Shown here: positions 21,040 through 29,873 of the stretch, piece after piece
Layout: every line of letters begins with the position of its first letter
Numbering within the stretch: position 1 is the stretch's first letter
Assembly: GCA_964630365.1 (NCBI GenBank)
Contig: CAZVUP010000001.1
Location: 3,816 to 67,815 of the forward strand
Direction of reading: 5' to 3'
Origin: an uncultured Muribaculaceae bacterium
Lineage (GTDB): Bacteria; Bacillota_I; Bacilli_A; RF39; UBA660
DNA length: 64,000 bases
Notes under the pieces: model-generated
Told to the model about the DNA's origin: nothing
What the model saw: only the letters and a program-made list of their open reading frames with translations
The model's database searches: none
Made by a program: the position numbers and the translations under genes

Positions 21040-21746
21040 TTGACACCTCCAAATCTTCTATTTCGCTTATTAAATTCCAAGATAGCTTTATCAAATTCTT
21101 CAACTGTAAAATCAGGAAAATAAACTTTTGGAAAATAAAACTCTGCATAACTTGCTTGATACATCATAAAATTACTTAAACGATACTCACCACTAGTCCG
21201 AATTACAAAATCAAGTGGTGGTAAATCATGATATAAATTTCTTTGTATATAATCTTCATCAATATCTTCTATATTTATTTTACCATCTTTATACAATGAA
21301 CATACTTTCTTTGTCATATCTACTATTTCAGCATGACTACCATAATTAATACAAATATTAAGTACCAACTTATCATTATCTTTAGTTTCTTCTACTAAAT
21401 CATCCATAGCCTCAAGAACTCCCTTAGGTAAAGGTTCTCTTCGACCTGAAAATATAACCTTAACATGACGTTTCTTAATAAAATCAAACTCTTTATTAAA
21501 TGTATTTATAAATAATTTCATTAAGAAATCTACTTCTTTAATATCTCTTTTAAAATTTTCTGTAGAAAAAGCATACAAAGAAACGTATTTAACACCAATA
21601 TCAGCCATATGAATACATAACTCTTTTAAAGTAGAAACAGCTCTCTTATGACCCATAGTCCTAATCTGTCCTCTCTCTTGTGCCCATCTACCATTTCCAT
21701 CCATAATTATTCCAATATGGTTAGGAACAACAATATCTTTATTCAT
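21036..21746 (-). CDS. uppS: Undecaprenyl-diphosphate synthase
   Basis: HIGIIMDGNGRWA, YAFSTENFKR, IRTSGEYRLSNFMMYQ. Confidence 0.9.
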   Translation of the reverse strand: MNKDIVVPNHIGIIMDGNGRWAQERGQIRTMGHKRAVSTLKELCIHMADIGVKYVSLYAFSTENFKRDIKEVDFLMKLFINTFNKEFDFIKKRHVKVIFSGRREPLPKGVLEAMDDLVEETKDNDKLVLNICINYGSHAEIVDMTKKVCSLYKDGKINIEDIDEDYIQRNLYHDLPPLDFVIRTSGEYRLSNFMMYQASYAEFYFPKVYFPDFTVEEFDKAILEFNKRNRRFGGVK

Positions 21747-21869
21747 AAACCTACCTCATACAAAATTATATAACAAACTTTCATAAATTAAAAGTTATAT
21801 CTATAAATAATCAAATCACAATTAACAAAAAGAATATTTTAATTATCATTTAATATGTAAAAATTTGTA

Positions 21870-21896
21870 AAAAAAAAGAAAGTAATAAAACTTTCT
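21870..21896 (-). terminator. Rho-independent terminator after the KH-domain gene
   Basis: AGAAAGT/ACTTTCT stem overlapping the stop codon, followed by a T-run of about 8-9 on the minus strand. Confidence 0.6.
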
Positions 21897-22143
21897 AAAA
21901 CTTATCAATATCGATTTTTACATATTTATTATCTTTTAAAGCACTACTTGCTTGAACTAAAGTCCTAATAGCATTAGCAGTACGACCTTCTCGTCCTATA
22001 ACACGTCCAATATCTGCTTCATCAACCATTACTTGAATAAGCATAACATCATCTTCTTCAGTAGGAAATTCTTTAACACTAACACCTTCAGGATTAGCAA
22101 CTAGCGACTTAACTATCTCTTCAGTTAATTCTACTAAATTCAT
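21895..22143 (-). CDS. khpA: KH-domain RNA-binding protein (YlqC/KhpA family)
   Basis: VIGREGRTANAIRTLV (GxxG KH motif). Immediately downstream of rpsP, as in Bacillus. Confidence 0.8.
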   Translation of the reverse strand: MNLVELTEEIVKSLVANPEGVSVKEFPTEEDDVMLIQVMVDEADIGRVIGREGRTANAIRTLVQASSALKDNKYVKIDIDKF

Positions 22144-22145
22144 AA

Positions 22146-22424
22146 CTATTTATCCTTTTTTTCATTTTTAGAATCAGCAAATTTCTTCATGATTCCTGCT
22201 TTACTAAATAAATTTCTAACAGTATCTGTAGGAACTGCTCCTTCATTTAACCATTTTAAAGCAACTTCTTCATTAATATTAACTTTACATTCTCCAACTG
22301 GAGCATAAGTACCTATTAATTCCAAATATTTACCATCTCTTGGACTACGTGAATCAGTAGCAACAATTCTATAAGTAGGTTTCTTTTTAGCACCCATTCT
22401 TGTTAATCTTAATTTAACAGCCAT
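22146..22424 (-). CDS. rpsP: 30S ribosomal protein S16
   Basis: [22 protein letters not shown]. Start at ATG 22424 with GGAGGG upstream. A consensus promoter inside the longer ORF excludes its N-terminal extension. Confidence 0.92.
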   Translation of the reverse strand: MAVKLRLTRMGAKKKPTYRIVATDSRSPRDGKYLELIGTYAPVGECKVNINEEVALKWLNEGAVPTDTVRNLFSKAGIMKKFADSKNEKKDK

Positions 22425-22455
22425 TTCTTTCCCTCCATTTCTAAATAACATAGAT

Positions 22456-22484
22456 ATTATAATAAATAAATAAAATGATGTCAA
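22456..22484 (-). promoter_or_regulatory. Consensus sigma-A promoter of rpsP
   Basis: TTGACA, 17 nt, TATAAT on the minus strand. The -35 box lies inside the 3' arm of the upstream terminator hairpin. Confidence 0.7.
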
Positions 22485-22506
22485 CTATTTTTTGTTGACA
22501 TCATTT
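22473..22506 (-). terminator. Terminator after the DUF3419-like singleton gene
   Basis: Perfect 13-bp stem AAATGATGTCAAC/GTTGACATCATTT followed by U-rich sequence. Confidence 0.65.
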
Positions 22507-22513
22507 ATATTTT

Positions 22514-23302
22514 TTATTTTTTTTGATATGCATAACCACATGAATCAAAACTATGCCTATCAAAACGACTATTAAATATAGTTTTTTCAAAAGCTAAAGA
22601 TTCACTATCATCAGGTCTAATAAGGCTAGAGCAAACAACTATACCTTCTGGTTTCAAAATAGAATGTAAATTATCACGAGTTCTAATAAGTTTTAAAATA
22701 TTACCTTGACAATACTCTAAAATATTAGATGCAATAACAACATCATACTTTTTAGATTTATCTATATCACCTGTAATATCTTGTTCAATAAATCTAAATT
22801 TTTTATCTGCAATTAATCTATGTAAAGACTGAACATCTTCGACATTATTTCTATGATAATTTGAAATACGATAAAGTAAATCTGCATTACTATCCTCACT
22901 AATTCTTGAAGTCAATAAATGCCAGAACAATAAAGCTTGTTGTTCCTCTTCAGTTTTACAAACAACTAAATTAAGAAGATTTTTAATTAATTTAGTATTC
23001 TTAATAATATCTTTAGGTGGATAATAAACACCCATATATTCAATTACCCATTTACGTAGATAAAGATAATAATATGCAAGATTATTAATATCAAATATAT
23101 CAACACTATTAGCTCCACCAAGATAAGAATAAAAAGCCTGATCTCCTGAACCACAAACAGTTAAAACATCTTTACCCTCAACCGAAAAATTACTAAATAA
23201 TTCTTTCAAATCTTCATTTGAAGCATGATAAATTTTATCATATTCTTTTTCTGATTTCTTTCCTGAAGCAACTACAGCTGCCTTCTTAAAATCATTAACC
23301 AT
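22514..23302 (-). CDS. DUF3419/BtaA-like SAM-fold protein (eighth, dispersed paralog of the 52.3-58.6 kb array)
   Basis: IYHASNEDLKELFSNFSVEGKDVLTVCGSGDQ...VDIFDIN...YDVVIASNILEY...GIVVCSS aligns with the array consensus. Start set at MVNDFKK (ATG 23302, GAGGGGTG upstream). Confidence 0.6.
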   Translation of the reverse strand: MVNDFKKAAVVASGKKSEKEYDKIYHASNEDLKELFSNFSVEGKDVLTVCGSGDQAFYSYLGGANSVDIFDINNLAYYYLYLRKWVIEYMGVYYPPKDIIKNTKLIKNLLNLVVCKTEEEQQALLFWHLLTSRISEDSNADLLYRISNYHRNNVEDVQSLHRLIADKKFRFIEQDITGDIDKSKKYDVVIASNILEYCQGNILKLIRTRDNLHSILKPEGIVVCSSLIRPDDSESLAFEKTIFNSRFDRHSFDSCGYAYQKK

Positions 23303-23303
23303 A

Positions 23304-23340
23304 TAATAACACCCCTCTTTTTTAGAAACGGGTGTTATTA
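23304..23340 (-). promoter_or_regulatory. Stem-loop between cotE and the singleton gene, covering its Shine-Dalgarno
   Basis: 10-11 bp stem AATAACACCC/GGGTGTTATT. The 3' arm contains GGGTG of the SD. There is no clear U-tract, so it may be a weak terminator or a translational structure. Confidence 0.35.
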
Positions 23341-23365
23341 TATCAAAAAAAGACATTTTTGTCAA

Positions 23366-23899
23366 TTATAACGTCTCCGAAATAAAATTTTCATCAACAG
23401 AATTAATATCTGATTCCCTATTATTAGCTGAATCTTCTTCTACTATTTCATCCCAAGGATCTTCATCCATATTAGCTTCTATTTTAACCTTAATATCTCC
23501 GACAAGCTCTATACCCAACTCTTTTTCAATTACATAATTAATCTTATTACCATCTATATCTACTTTTACGCAACTAGGTTGTTTTAAACTTCTAACAATA
23601 ACTTCTTCTCCACTAACATCTTCTCTATTATGCATCTTAATAACTTCATTATAATTATTAGTCTGACGAATAACATCAGTCTTAGTATCATTATCATAAG
23701 AATACCATATATTAATATCATAACTACCTTTAATATTTATTTGATTATCGCTCTTAGTACCATTAAAATTATGATTTATTACCCAACACCCCAATATAGT
23801 TGATGGATTATTTTCAAGAGAGACACTATTATTTGTTGTAAAGGTTTTCTTTCCTTTAGATACAACTGCTTTTGTCACAATTTCTCTATAATTTGTCAT
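23366..23899 (-). CDS. cotE: Outer spore coat morphogenetic protein CotE
   Basis: MTNYREIVTKAVVSKGKK, STILGCWVINH and YDINIWYSY match B. subtilis CotE (YREIITKAVVAKGRK, SILGGWIINH, YDINVWYSY). Acidic C-terminus. miaB-ymcA-cotE synteny. Confidence 0.8.
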   Translation of the reverse strand: MTNYREIVTKAVVSKGKKTFTTNNSVSLENNPSTILGCWVINHNFNGTKSDNQINIKGSYDINIWYSYDNDTKTDVIRQTNNYNEVIKMHNREDVSGEEVIVRSLKQPSCVKVDIDGNKINYVIEKELGIELVGDIKVKIEANMDEDPWDEIVEEDSANNRESDINSVDENFISETL

Positions 23900-23914
23900 A
23901 GACTCCTCCCAATT

Positions 23915-23942
23915 TAATATATGTAAACACCTAAAAAAAAGT
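23915..23942 (-). promoter_or_regulatory. Candidate mother-cell (sigma-K type) promoter of cotE
   Basis: AC, 17 nt, CATATATTA on the minus strand fits the remembered sigma-K consensus AC-16/17-CATAnnnTA. It sits about 15 nt upstream of the RBS. Confidence 0.35.
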
Positions 23943-23971
23943 ACTAAAATTAAATAAAATACAAAAAACAA

Positions 23972-23980
23972 TGCTATAAT
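23972..23980 (+). promoter_or_regulatory. Extended -10 promoter for the plus-strand gene at 24001
   Basis: TGcTATAAT located 20 nt upstream of the ATG. The -35 box is weak. Confidence 0.4.
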
Positions 23981-24000
23981 CAAAATAGGAGGATGATAAT

Positions 24001-24633
24001 ATGGCATCAGCAATTATCCATTTAGCTATCGCAAAAAAAGTTAAAGAACATGTAAAAGTAAAAAGAGAAAAAGATTACTTCTTAGGTGCTATCGCACCAG
24101 ATATATCAAAACAAGTAGGAGAAACAAAAGAAAAATCACATTTTTTAATAAATACATATGACGAAATACCAAACATTGATTTATTTGTAAAAAAATACCA
24201 TGACTTTAAAAATAACTCATTTGACTTAGGTTATTTTACTCATCTCTACGCTGATAAACTATGGTTTGAGGAGTTTATCCCTAAAATAATGACAGACACT
24301 TCTGTAAAACTATTAGATGGTACAATAATGAAAACTACTCCCGAAGAAATATTAAATATGTTATATGCTGATTATACTAATCTAAACATAAAAGTAATTG
24401 AAGAATATGATTTAGATTTATCACTTTTTTATGAAGAATTTATGATACCTAAAACTAATATTCAAGAAGTACCAATCGAAAAGTTAGACATCCTAATAAA
24501 TAAAATGGGAATTTTAGTAGAAAACTCTAAAGGAGAAAAAACCTATACAATAGATATGTTCTTAATAAATAATTTTATAGAACATGCTGTTGAAGAAATA
24601 TTAATAAAAATAGATGAATATAGTAAAAAATAA
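24001..24633 (+). CDS. Hypothetical protein (possible Zn-dependent PLC-like/metal hydrolase fold)
   Basis: AGGAGG RBS. N-terminal AIIHLAIA...GAIAPD...SHF His/Asp pattern. The assignment is weak. Confidence 0.3.
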   Translation: MASAIIHLAIAKKVKEHVKVKREKDYFLGAIAPDISKQVGETKEKSHFLINTYDEIPNIDLFVKKYHDFKNNSFDLGYFTHLYADKLWFEEFIPKIMTDTSVKLLDGTIMKTTPEEILNMLYADYTNLNIKVIEEYDLDLSLFYEEFMIPKTNIQEVPIEKLDILINKMGILVENSKGEKTYTIDMFLINNFIEHAVEEILIKIDEYSKK

Positions 24634-24667
24634 CCCTTGTATAGGATTATTTTTTTATTACCAAACT

Positions 24668-25867
24668 TTATTTAGTAGAAACAAACTTATTTTCTTCTCG
24701 AAATTTTTCTAATAATTCGATTGCATAAATATCGAATTTACCCTTATCCATATCACCAATATCAAAATATTGATAATTTCCTTTCAATGCTTCATTTAAA
24801 GCCATTTTTAAATACTCAATATCATGCTCATTAAGAATTTTAGCACAAGCTTTATCGAAAATTTCATAAGCTTGGGAATCATGATTAGCATAGTTATTTA
24901 CATCCAACCTCTCACCTAAAAGTTTTGTAAAAAAATTCAAATTTGCGGCATAATGTTGTGGTTTTAAAAATTCATCAACCATCCCAAAGTAATGATCAAT
25001 ATCCATTGCAGGATCAAATTCAATAGCCATCATCTCAAAAATATCTTTAACATTAGAAAGAAATTTTCCCTTTGAAATATGTTTTGAATTACTTAATTCA
25101 GATTTTATATAATCATCATTTAAGAATTGTTCTAAATTATCTTTATCAAATACAATATCTTTATAAAATTTATAAATAAACCCTCTAAAATCACCCAAAG
25201 AAATATTCTCGAGAGAATTAGAAGTAACTTTAAAACTAAAGTATTTTTGAAGCATATAAGCTACCATTCCATTATAACTCAACCAATCATCATAAGCTAA
25301 CCCAACAACACCGGAACGCATTAAAAAAGGATTCGTTTCCCTAGCACAAGAGCTAAGCAAAGGATGATCATTAATAAAATTAATAACTTTAATAGTATCT
25401 TCTTTATTTACCATTCGCAGTACAATAGAATCTGCCCTAGGGCAATCAGAAACTTTCGAAATTGTCATCATTTTATTATCTGCAATATAATCAAAAAGAA
25501 TTTTAACACAGTCTTCAACACTATCAGCAGGAAAATTTAAATACAATTTATATGAAGGTTCAACATAACTTGCGTTATTAAACTGTAAAAAATGATTTTG
25601 ACGCTGATCCTCATAAACCTGAAGATTTGGATTATCTTTGAAATGATTTTTCCAACTAATGAAATAATCACCATATTTAGGATGCATCATTGGTTTCTTA
25701 TTAAATTTTACTAATTCACCCTCATAAACTTTATATGTCTGTAAAGCAAAATAAAAATGTCTCCATTGTACTGGCATAGTTGGATTATCACTATATACTT
25801 TTTTAAAATACATCAAAAAATCTTCCATAGCATTTTTGCGTTCTACCTTTTTATCTAATTCATCCAT
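24668..25867 (-). CDS. Hypothetical protein inserted between the ymcA-like gene and cotE
   Basis: Start at MDELDKK (ATG 25867, GAGGAGGA upstream). No motif recognised. Confidence 0.45.
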   Translation of the reverse strand: MDELDKKVERKNAMEDFLMYFKKVYSDNPTMPVQWRHFYFALQTYKVYEGELVKFNKKPMMHPKYGDYFISWKNHFKDNPNLQVYEDQRQNHFLQFNNASYVEPSYKLYLNFPADSVEDCVKILFDYIADNKMMTISKVSDCPRADSIVLRMVNKEDTIKVINFINDHPLLSSCARETNPFLMRSGVVGLAYDDWLSYNGMVAYMLQKYFSFKVTSNSLENISLGDFRGFIYKFYKDIVFDKDNLEQFLNDDYIKSELSNSKHISKGKFLSNVKDIFEMMAIEFDPAMDIDHYFGMVDEFLKPQHYAANLNFFTKLLGERLDVNNYANHDSQAYEIFDKACAKILNEHDIEYLKMALNEALKGNYQYFDIGDMDKGKFDIYAIELLEKFREENKFVSTK

Positions 25868-25914
25868 AAAAACATCCTCCTCTTTAATAATATCACACTC
25901 CAAAAATAAAAACA

Positions 25915-26256
25915 CTAGTTTTCACTAGTGTCATTATTAAGTAACTTATAAAAGTAATCATTCAAACTATCTTTAACAAATTCTATCTTACCATTTACTT
26001 TTTCTAAATATTGTAAATACATAACATATAAAGGAATATCATTAAGTTTAGAATTAACTAAATCTAATTCTTCTTTTATTTTAGAATCATAATTACTATT
26101 AACATATTTTTTTTGTAATTTTTTAACTTTTTCTACTAAATCTGTTAATTCTTTATTATTATCCATTTTCTTTTTCAACTCAATACACTTTAAATAGTCA
26201 TTTGAATTTTTAATTTCTAAAATAACATCTTCTAATGCTTTATCTAACTTTTCCAT
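25915..26256 (-). CDS. YlbF/YmcA-family (RicA-like) protein
   Basis: 113-aa helical protein directly downstream of miaB, as ymcA is in B. subtilis. The family pattern is only loosely recognisable. Confidence 0.55.
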   Translation of the reverse strand: MEKLDKALEDVILEIKNSNDYLKCIELKKKMDNNKELTDLVEKVKKLQKKYVNSNYDSKIKEELDLVNSKLNDIPLYVMYLQYLEKVNGKIEFVKDSLNDYFYKLLNNDTSEN

Positions 26257-27652
26257 CTAAACTCCATGTCTTAGCATCCATAATTAAAACATCTACTATC
26301 TCACCAGGAACTAAGTCTTTATCTGATTCAAAATTAATTAATTTATTAGTTTCACTATATCCATAATACATATTTTTCTTATCAGATATTCCCTCTACTA
26401 ATACTTTTAATACTGATCCTTCTAATTTCTTATTGTTTTCTAAAAAATATTTATTAACAACTTCATTAAGTCGATATAATCGCTCTTCTTTTTCTTTTAA
26501 AGTAGTATTATCTTTCAATTTACAAGCAGGTGTTCCTTCTCTTTCCGAAAATATAAAAGTAAAAGCATTATCATACTTACACTCTTCAACTAAGCTCATA
26601 GTCTCTAAAAAGTCTTCTTCACTCTCACCCGGAAAACCAACTATTATATCTGTAGAAATACTAACACCAGGAACAGTATCTTTAATCTTATGAAATAATT
26701 CTAAATAACTTTCTCTAGTATAACGTCTTCCCATTAACTTTAATACTCTACTAGATCCACTTTGAACAGGTAAATGAACACTAGGCATAATATTAGAATA
26801 TTTTCCAATAACTTGAATCATTTTATCAGTAAAATCCCAAGGATGACTAGTCATAAATCTAATTCTTGGAATATCTTTTTTGGCAATATCTTCAAGTAAA
26901 TCTCCCAAGTTATAATCATCATATAAATCTTTTCCATATGCATTAACATTTTGTCCAAGTAAAGTTATTTCTTTATAACCATCTTCAATTAATTGATCTA
27001 CTTCCGCTAAAATATCCTCTTTTTTCCTACTTCTCTCTCTTCCCCTAGTATAAGGAACTATACAATAAGTACAAAATTTATCACAACCATAAATAATATT
27101 AACATAAGCTTTATAAGAATTAGCTCTCACAACAGGTAATCCCTCTATTAAGTCACCTTCTCTTGAATATACTTCAATTTGTTGTTTATTTTCATTTATA
27201 GCCTTATCAATTATTTCTGGTAATTCATGCATATTATGTGTCCCAAAAACAAAGTTGACAAACTTATAGTCTCTAAGTATTTCTTCAACAACACTAGCTT
27301 CTTGAGCCATACAACCACATAAACCTATTATTAAGTCCTTTTTCTCATTCTTCAAATGCTTAAGTCGACCTAACATTCCAAAAGCCTTATTATGAGCATT
27401 TTCTCTAATACTACAAGTGTTTAAAAGTACTAAGTCAGCTTTTAAATAATCGTCAACTTTCGAAAACCCTAATAATTCAAGTAATGCTCCAATATTCTCA
27501 CTGTCATGTTCATTCATTTGACAACCATAAGTTTTAATAAAATATTTTTTTCCACTATACTTGTTTAAAACTTTTTTATCAATTTTAAAATCTATTCTAT
27601 TATATTCCCTTTTATCTCTTCTTCGAGCTTCATTATAATCAGGTAAATGCAT
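26240..27652 (-). CDS. miaB: tRNA-i6A37 methylthiotransferase
   Basis: YGCQMN, NTCSIRE, radical-SAM CDKFCTYCIVP, TRAM C-terminus. Start set at MHLPDYNE (ATG 27652). Confidence 0.9.
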   Translation of the reverse strand: MHLPDYNEARRRDKREYNRIDFKIDKKVLNKYSGKKYFIKTYGCQMNEHDSENIGALLELLGFSKVDDYLKADLVLLNTCSIRENAHNKAFGMLGRLKHLKNEKKDLIIGLCGCMAQEASVVEEILRDYKFVNFVFGTHNMHELPEIIDKAINENKQQIEVYSREGDLIEGLPVVRANSYKAYVNIIYGCDKFCTYCIVPYTRGRERSRKKEDILAEVDQLIEDGYKEITLLGQNVNAYGKDLYDDYNLGDLLEDIAKKDIPRIRFMTSHPWDFTDKMIQVIGKYSNIMPSVHLPVQSGSSRVLKLMGRRYTRESYLELFHKIKDTVPGVSISTDIIVGFPGESEEDFLETMSLVEECKYDNAFTFIFSEREGTPACKLKDNTTLKEKEERLYRLNEVVNKYFLENNKKLEGSVLKVLVEGISDKKNMYYGYSETNKLINFESDKDLVPGEIVDVLIMDAKTWSLDGKVR

Positions 27653-27726
27653 AATATCACTCCCAACGAAAATATGATATACCAAAAAAAGAAAATATAC
27701 AAGTAAAAGAAAAACACCCAAGGGTG

Positions 27727-28404
27727 TTATTCATTTATTAAATGACTATTTATAATAGACTCCAATACAGTAAATCTATTATGCATTATATCGTTCTTTA
27801 TCACATCTATATTATCAGAAATATTATTAATTAAATCTGAAACATTATTTTCTAAATCCTTTTTCTCTAATTTTTCAACTATAGTTTCTAAATTAGTTAT
27901 TTTACTATACTTTCCATAATTAGAATTTTTTAAACTTATTTTCATTAGATTTATAAGTGTCTTAATATCAATATTATTAAATCTCTTATCACTTAATATT
28001 TTAAAAGCACAACACAAATGACTATTATTAAGAGCTCTATCTAATGCTGTTTCCCCATTATTATTCTGAATATTAGGTAAATAATTTGTCTTTTTACTTA
28101 ACTCTTCAAATACTTTAACTGCTGCTATTGAATCATCAAGTGCCAATATATGCGCAAAAGTATCCCCATCAGCATTAGCATGATTAACATCCCAATTTTT
28201 CTTCTTCATAAGCTTAATTACAAAATTATAATATTTAGCTTTTAATAATCTAGTTATTACATCATTACCAACGCCATCAACTAAATTAACATTAACTAAA
28301 TTATCATCAATTAATGCCTCAATAGTTTCAATCTCATCTTGTTTTATCAATGAAAAAATGAGCCCTGGATCATCCTTACAAGAATTATATAAATGTTCAT
28401 TCAT
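27727..28404 (-). CDS. Ankyrin-repeat protein
   Basis: Repeats of the type DGDTFAHILA...(A/V)V and NGETALDRALNN. Confidence 0.65.
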   Translation of the reverse strand: MNEHLYNSCKDDPGLIFSLIKQDEIETIEALIDDNLVNVNLVDGVGNDVITRLLKAKYYNFVIKLMKKKNWDVNHANADGDTFAHILALDDSIAAVKVFEELSKKTNYLPNIQNNNGETALDRALNNSHLCCAFKILSDKRFNNIDIKTLINLMKISLKNSNYGKYSKITNLETIVEKLEKKDLENNVSDLINNISDNIDVIKNDIMHNRFTVLESIINSHLINE

Positions 28405-28436
28405 TTTATAATCACTCCTTCATTAGACAGTTATTT

Positions 28437-28465
28437 ATTCTAACAGAGTAAAAATTACCTGTCAA
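28437..28465 (-). promoter_or_regulatory. Sigma-A promoter of the ankyrin-repeat gene
   Basis: TTGACA, 17 nt, TAGAAT on the minus strand, about 30 nt upstream of the ATG. Confidence 0.55.
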
Positions 28466-28633
28466 AAAAGAAAAAAGTCAAGCTATAAAAATTTTTTATT
28501 ACTAAGATTCCCTTGAAAATAGTAGGTTTCCTAAACTATTTTTTTTAAAATTTAGTAATTTTTAGAAAGCAATAAACAATAACTATAGCTTCTTTTATAT
28601 TTATAATGATTAATATTTTAAATTTTTATACAC

Positions 28634-28658
28634 AAAAAAACTACCCAATGGGTAGTTT
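28634..28658 (-). terminator. Rho-independent terminator after the SPFH gene
   Basis: AAACTACCC/GGGTAGTTT stem followed by a T-run on the minus strand. Confidence 0.65.
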
Positions 28659-28664
28659 GAAATT

Positions 28665-29792
28665 TTATAATTCTTTTCCACAATTAGTACAGAATTTTCC
28701 ACCAGCTGATGGTGTTCCACAATTAGCACAGAATTTTCCGCCTTCAACAGCAGCTCCAGCTGCAGCAGCCGGCTTATTACCATTAGCTAAATCTTGAGCA
28801 CTAACTCCTTGGTTTTGGAAAGCACCTTGTGCAGTTCCGCCAACCATTCCACCGCTTGCCATGTTCATCATTCCAACACCCATGAAGGCATTAGCAGCAC
28901 CACCTTCATTTTTAGCAGCATCTTGAACAGCTTGGGCATAAGCTCCAGTAAGAGTACCTTGTTGCATGTAACTGTTTGAAGAAAGTTCGTAATTATCAAT
29001 TTTCTTATTAGATTCTTCATCTAATGTAACAGATTCAACAACAAATCCTTTAATACTTATACCACGATCTCTAATTGGTTGATCGAATACTTTCTCATCC
29101 ATTGTTTTCTTAATTTCATCAGTTGCACTTGGAAGTTCCAAAACAGGTACTTTATGTTCACTATTACCTAATTCATTTAACACATTTTGGAAAGATCCAA
29201 TAACTTCAGATCTCATTTGCTCAATAATAGCATCTTTACGATATTCTTCAGCAGTACCAGCAATTTTACTCATAAATGTTGCTGGATCACTAATAACAAA
29301 TGTATATTTACCAAAACATTTAACTTCAACACGTAATGGTGTCATTGCACCAGTCATTTGATTTGGAATTGGATGTGACCAATCTTGAAAAGGAATTGGT
29401 GCTGGAGTTCCAAATTTATTATCAATAATCTCTTTTGCATTAATATAGAAAACAGCTTGTTCCTTATTAGGTGCTCCGTTATAAGTAAAACGAGTCCACA
29501 TTTCTTTGAATACTTCTCCGAATTGTCCAGCAAAGAATGATGGAGAACCTGATTGATCAAAAGTATAAATACCTTCTTCAGCAGTTGCATCTAAAATTTT
29601 ACCATTTTGAAAAATAACTGCAACTTGTCCTGGTGCTACTTGAATAGCACTATCTTTTGAAATAACGCCATTAGGAGTTGATACTCTCTTCATTAAAATA
29701 TCATTACCTAAATCTTCACATCTGATATACTCTTTCCATTGATCATGTAGAGTACTTCCTACTGCCCCAACAGCAGCTCTAATTAATCCCAT
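28665..29792 (-). CDS. SPFH-domain protein with a C-terminal double zinc ribbon (YdjI-like)
   Basis: N-terminal MGLIRAAVGAVGS...SPFH-like core. Ala/Gly-rich linker. FCANCGT...FCTNCG ribbons. Confidence 0.65.
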   Translation of the reverse strand: MGLIRAAVGAVGSTLHDQWKEYIRCEDLGNDILMKRVSTPNGVISKDSAIQVAPGQVAVIFQNGKILDATAEEGIYTFDQSGSPSFFAGQFGEVFKEMWTRFTYNGAPNKEQAVFYINAKEIIDNKFGTPAPIPFQDWSHPIPNQMTGAMTPLRVEVKCFGKYTFVISDPATFMSKIAGTAEEYRKDAIIEQMRSEVIGSFQNVLNELGNSEHKVPVLELPSATDEIKKTMDEKVFDQPIRDRGISIKGFVVESVTLDEESNKKIDNYELSSNSYMQQGTLTGAYAQAVQDAAKNEGGAANAFMGVGMMNMASGGMVGGTAQGAFQNQGVSAQDLANGNKPAAAAGAAVEGGKFCANCGTPSAGGKFCTNCGKEL

Positions 29793-29873
29793 AATACACT
29801 TCCTATCTCATATTTATTAATTTAATTATACTATATTTATTTAGAAATTCAAATACTTATTTATTTTAGAAAA

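Noticed and set aside
22425-22484. Long N-terminal extensions in the ORF track (for example rpsP, cotE, miaB, dut, the BspA-like gene, array member 3, and the 203-aa protein)
   Set aside because: The extensions start at non-ATG codons or lack an RBS, and they overlap promoters or terminators. Internal ATGs with good SD spacing and homolog N-termini were used instead.
28500-28560. The hairpin AAATAGT-N11-ACTATTT followed by a T-run on the plus strand as a plus-strand terminator or small RNA
   Set aside because: There is no plus-strand gene or promoter upstream, the stem is AT-only and short, and it lies in the spacer between two minus-strand transcription units.
28606-28979. Plus-strand ORFs 28606-28797 and 28794-28979, and the out-of-frame minus-strand ORF 29354-29590
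   Set aside because: They overlap the SPFH/zinc-ribbon gene. The Ala/Pro-rich product is merely the antisense reading of its Ala/Gly-rich linker.
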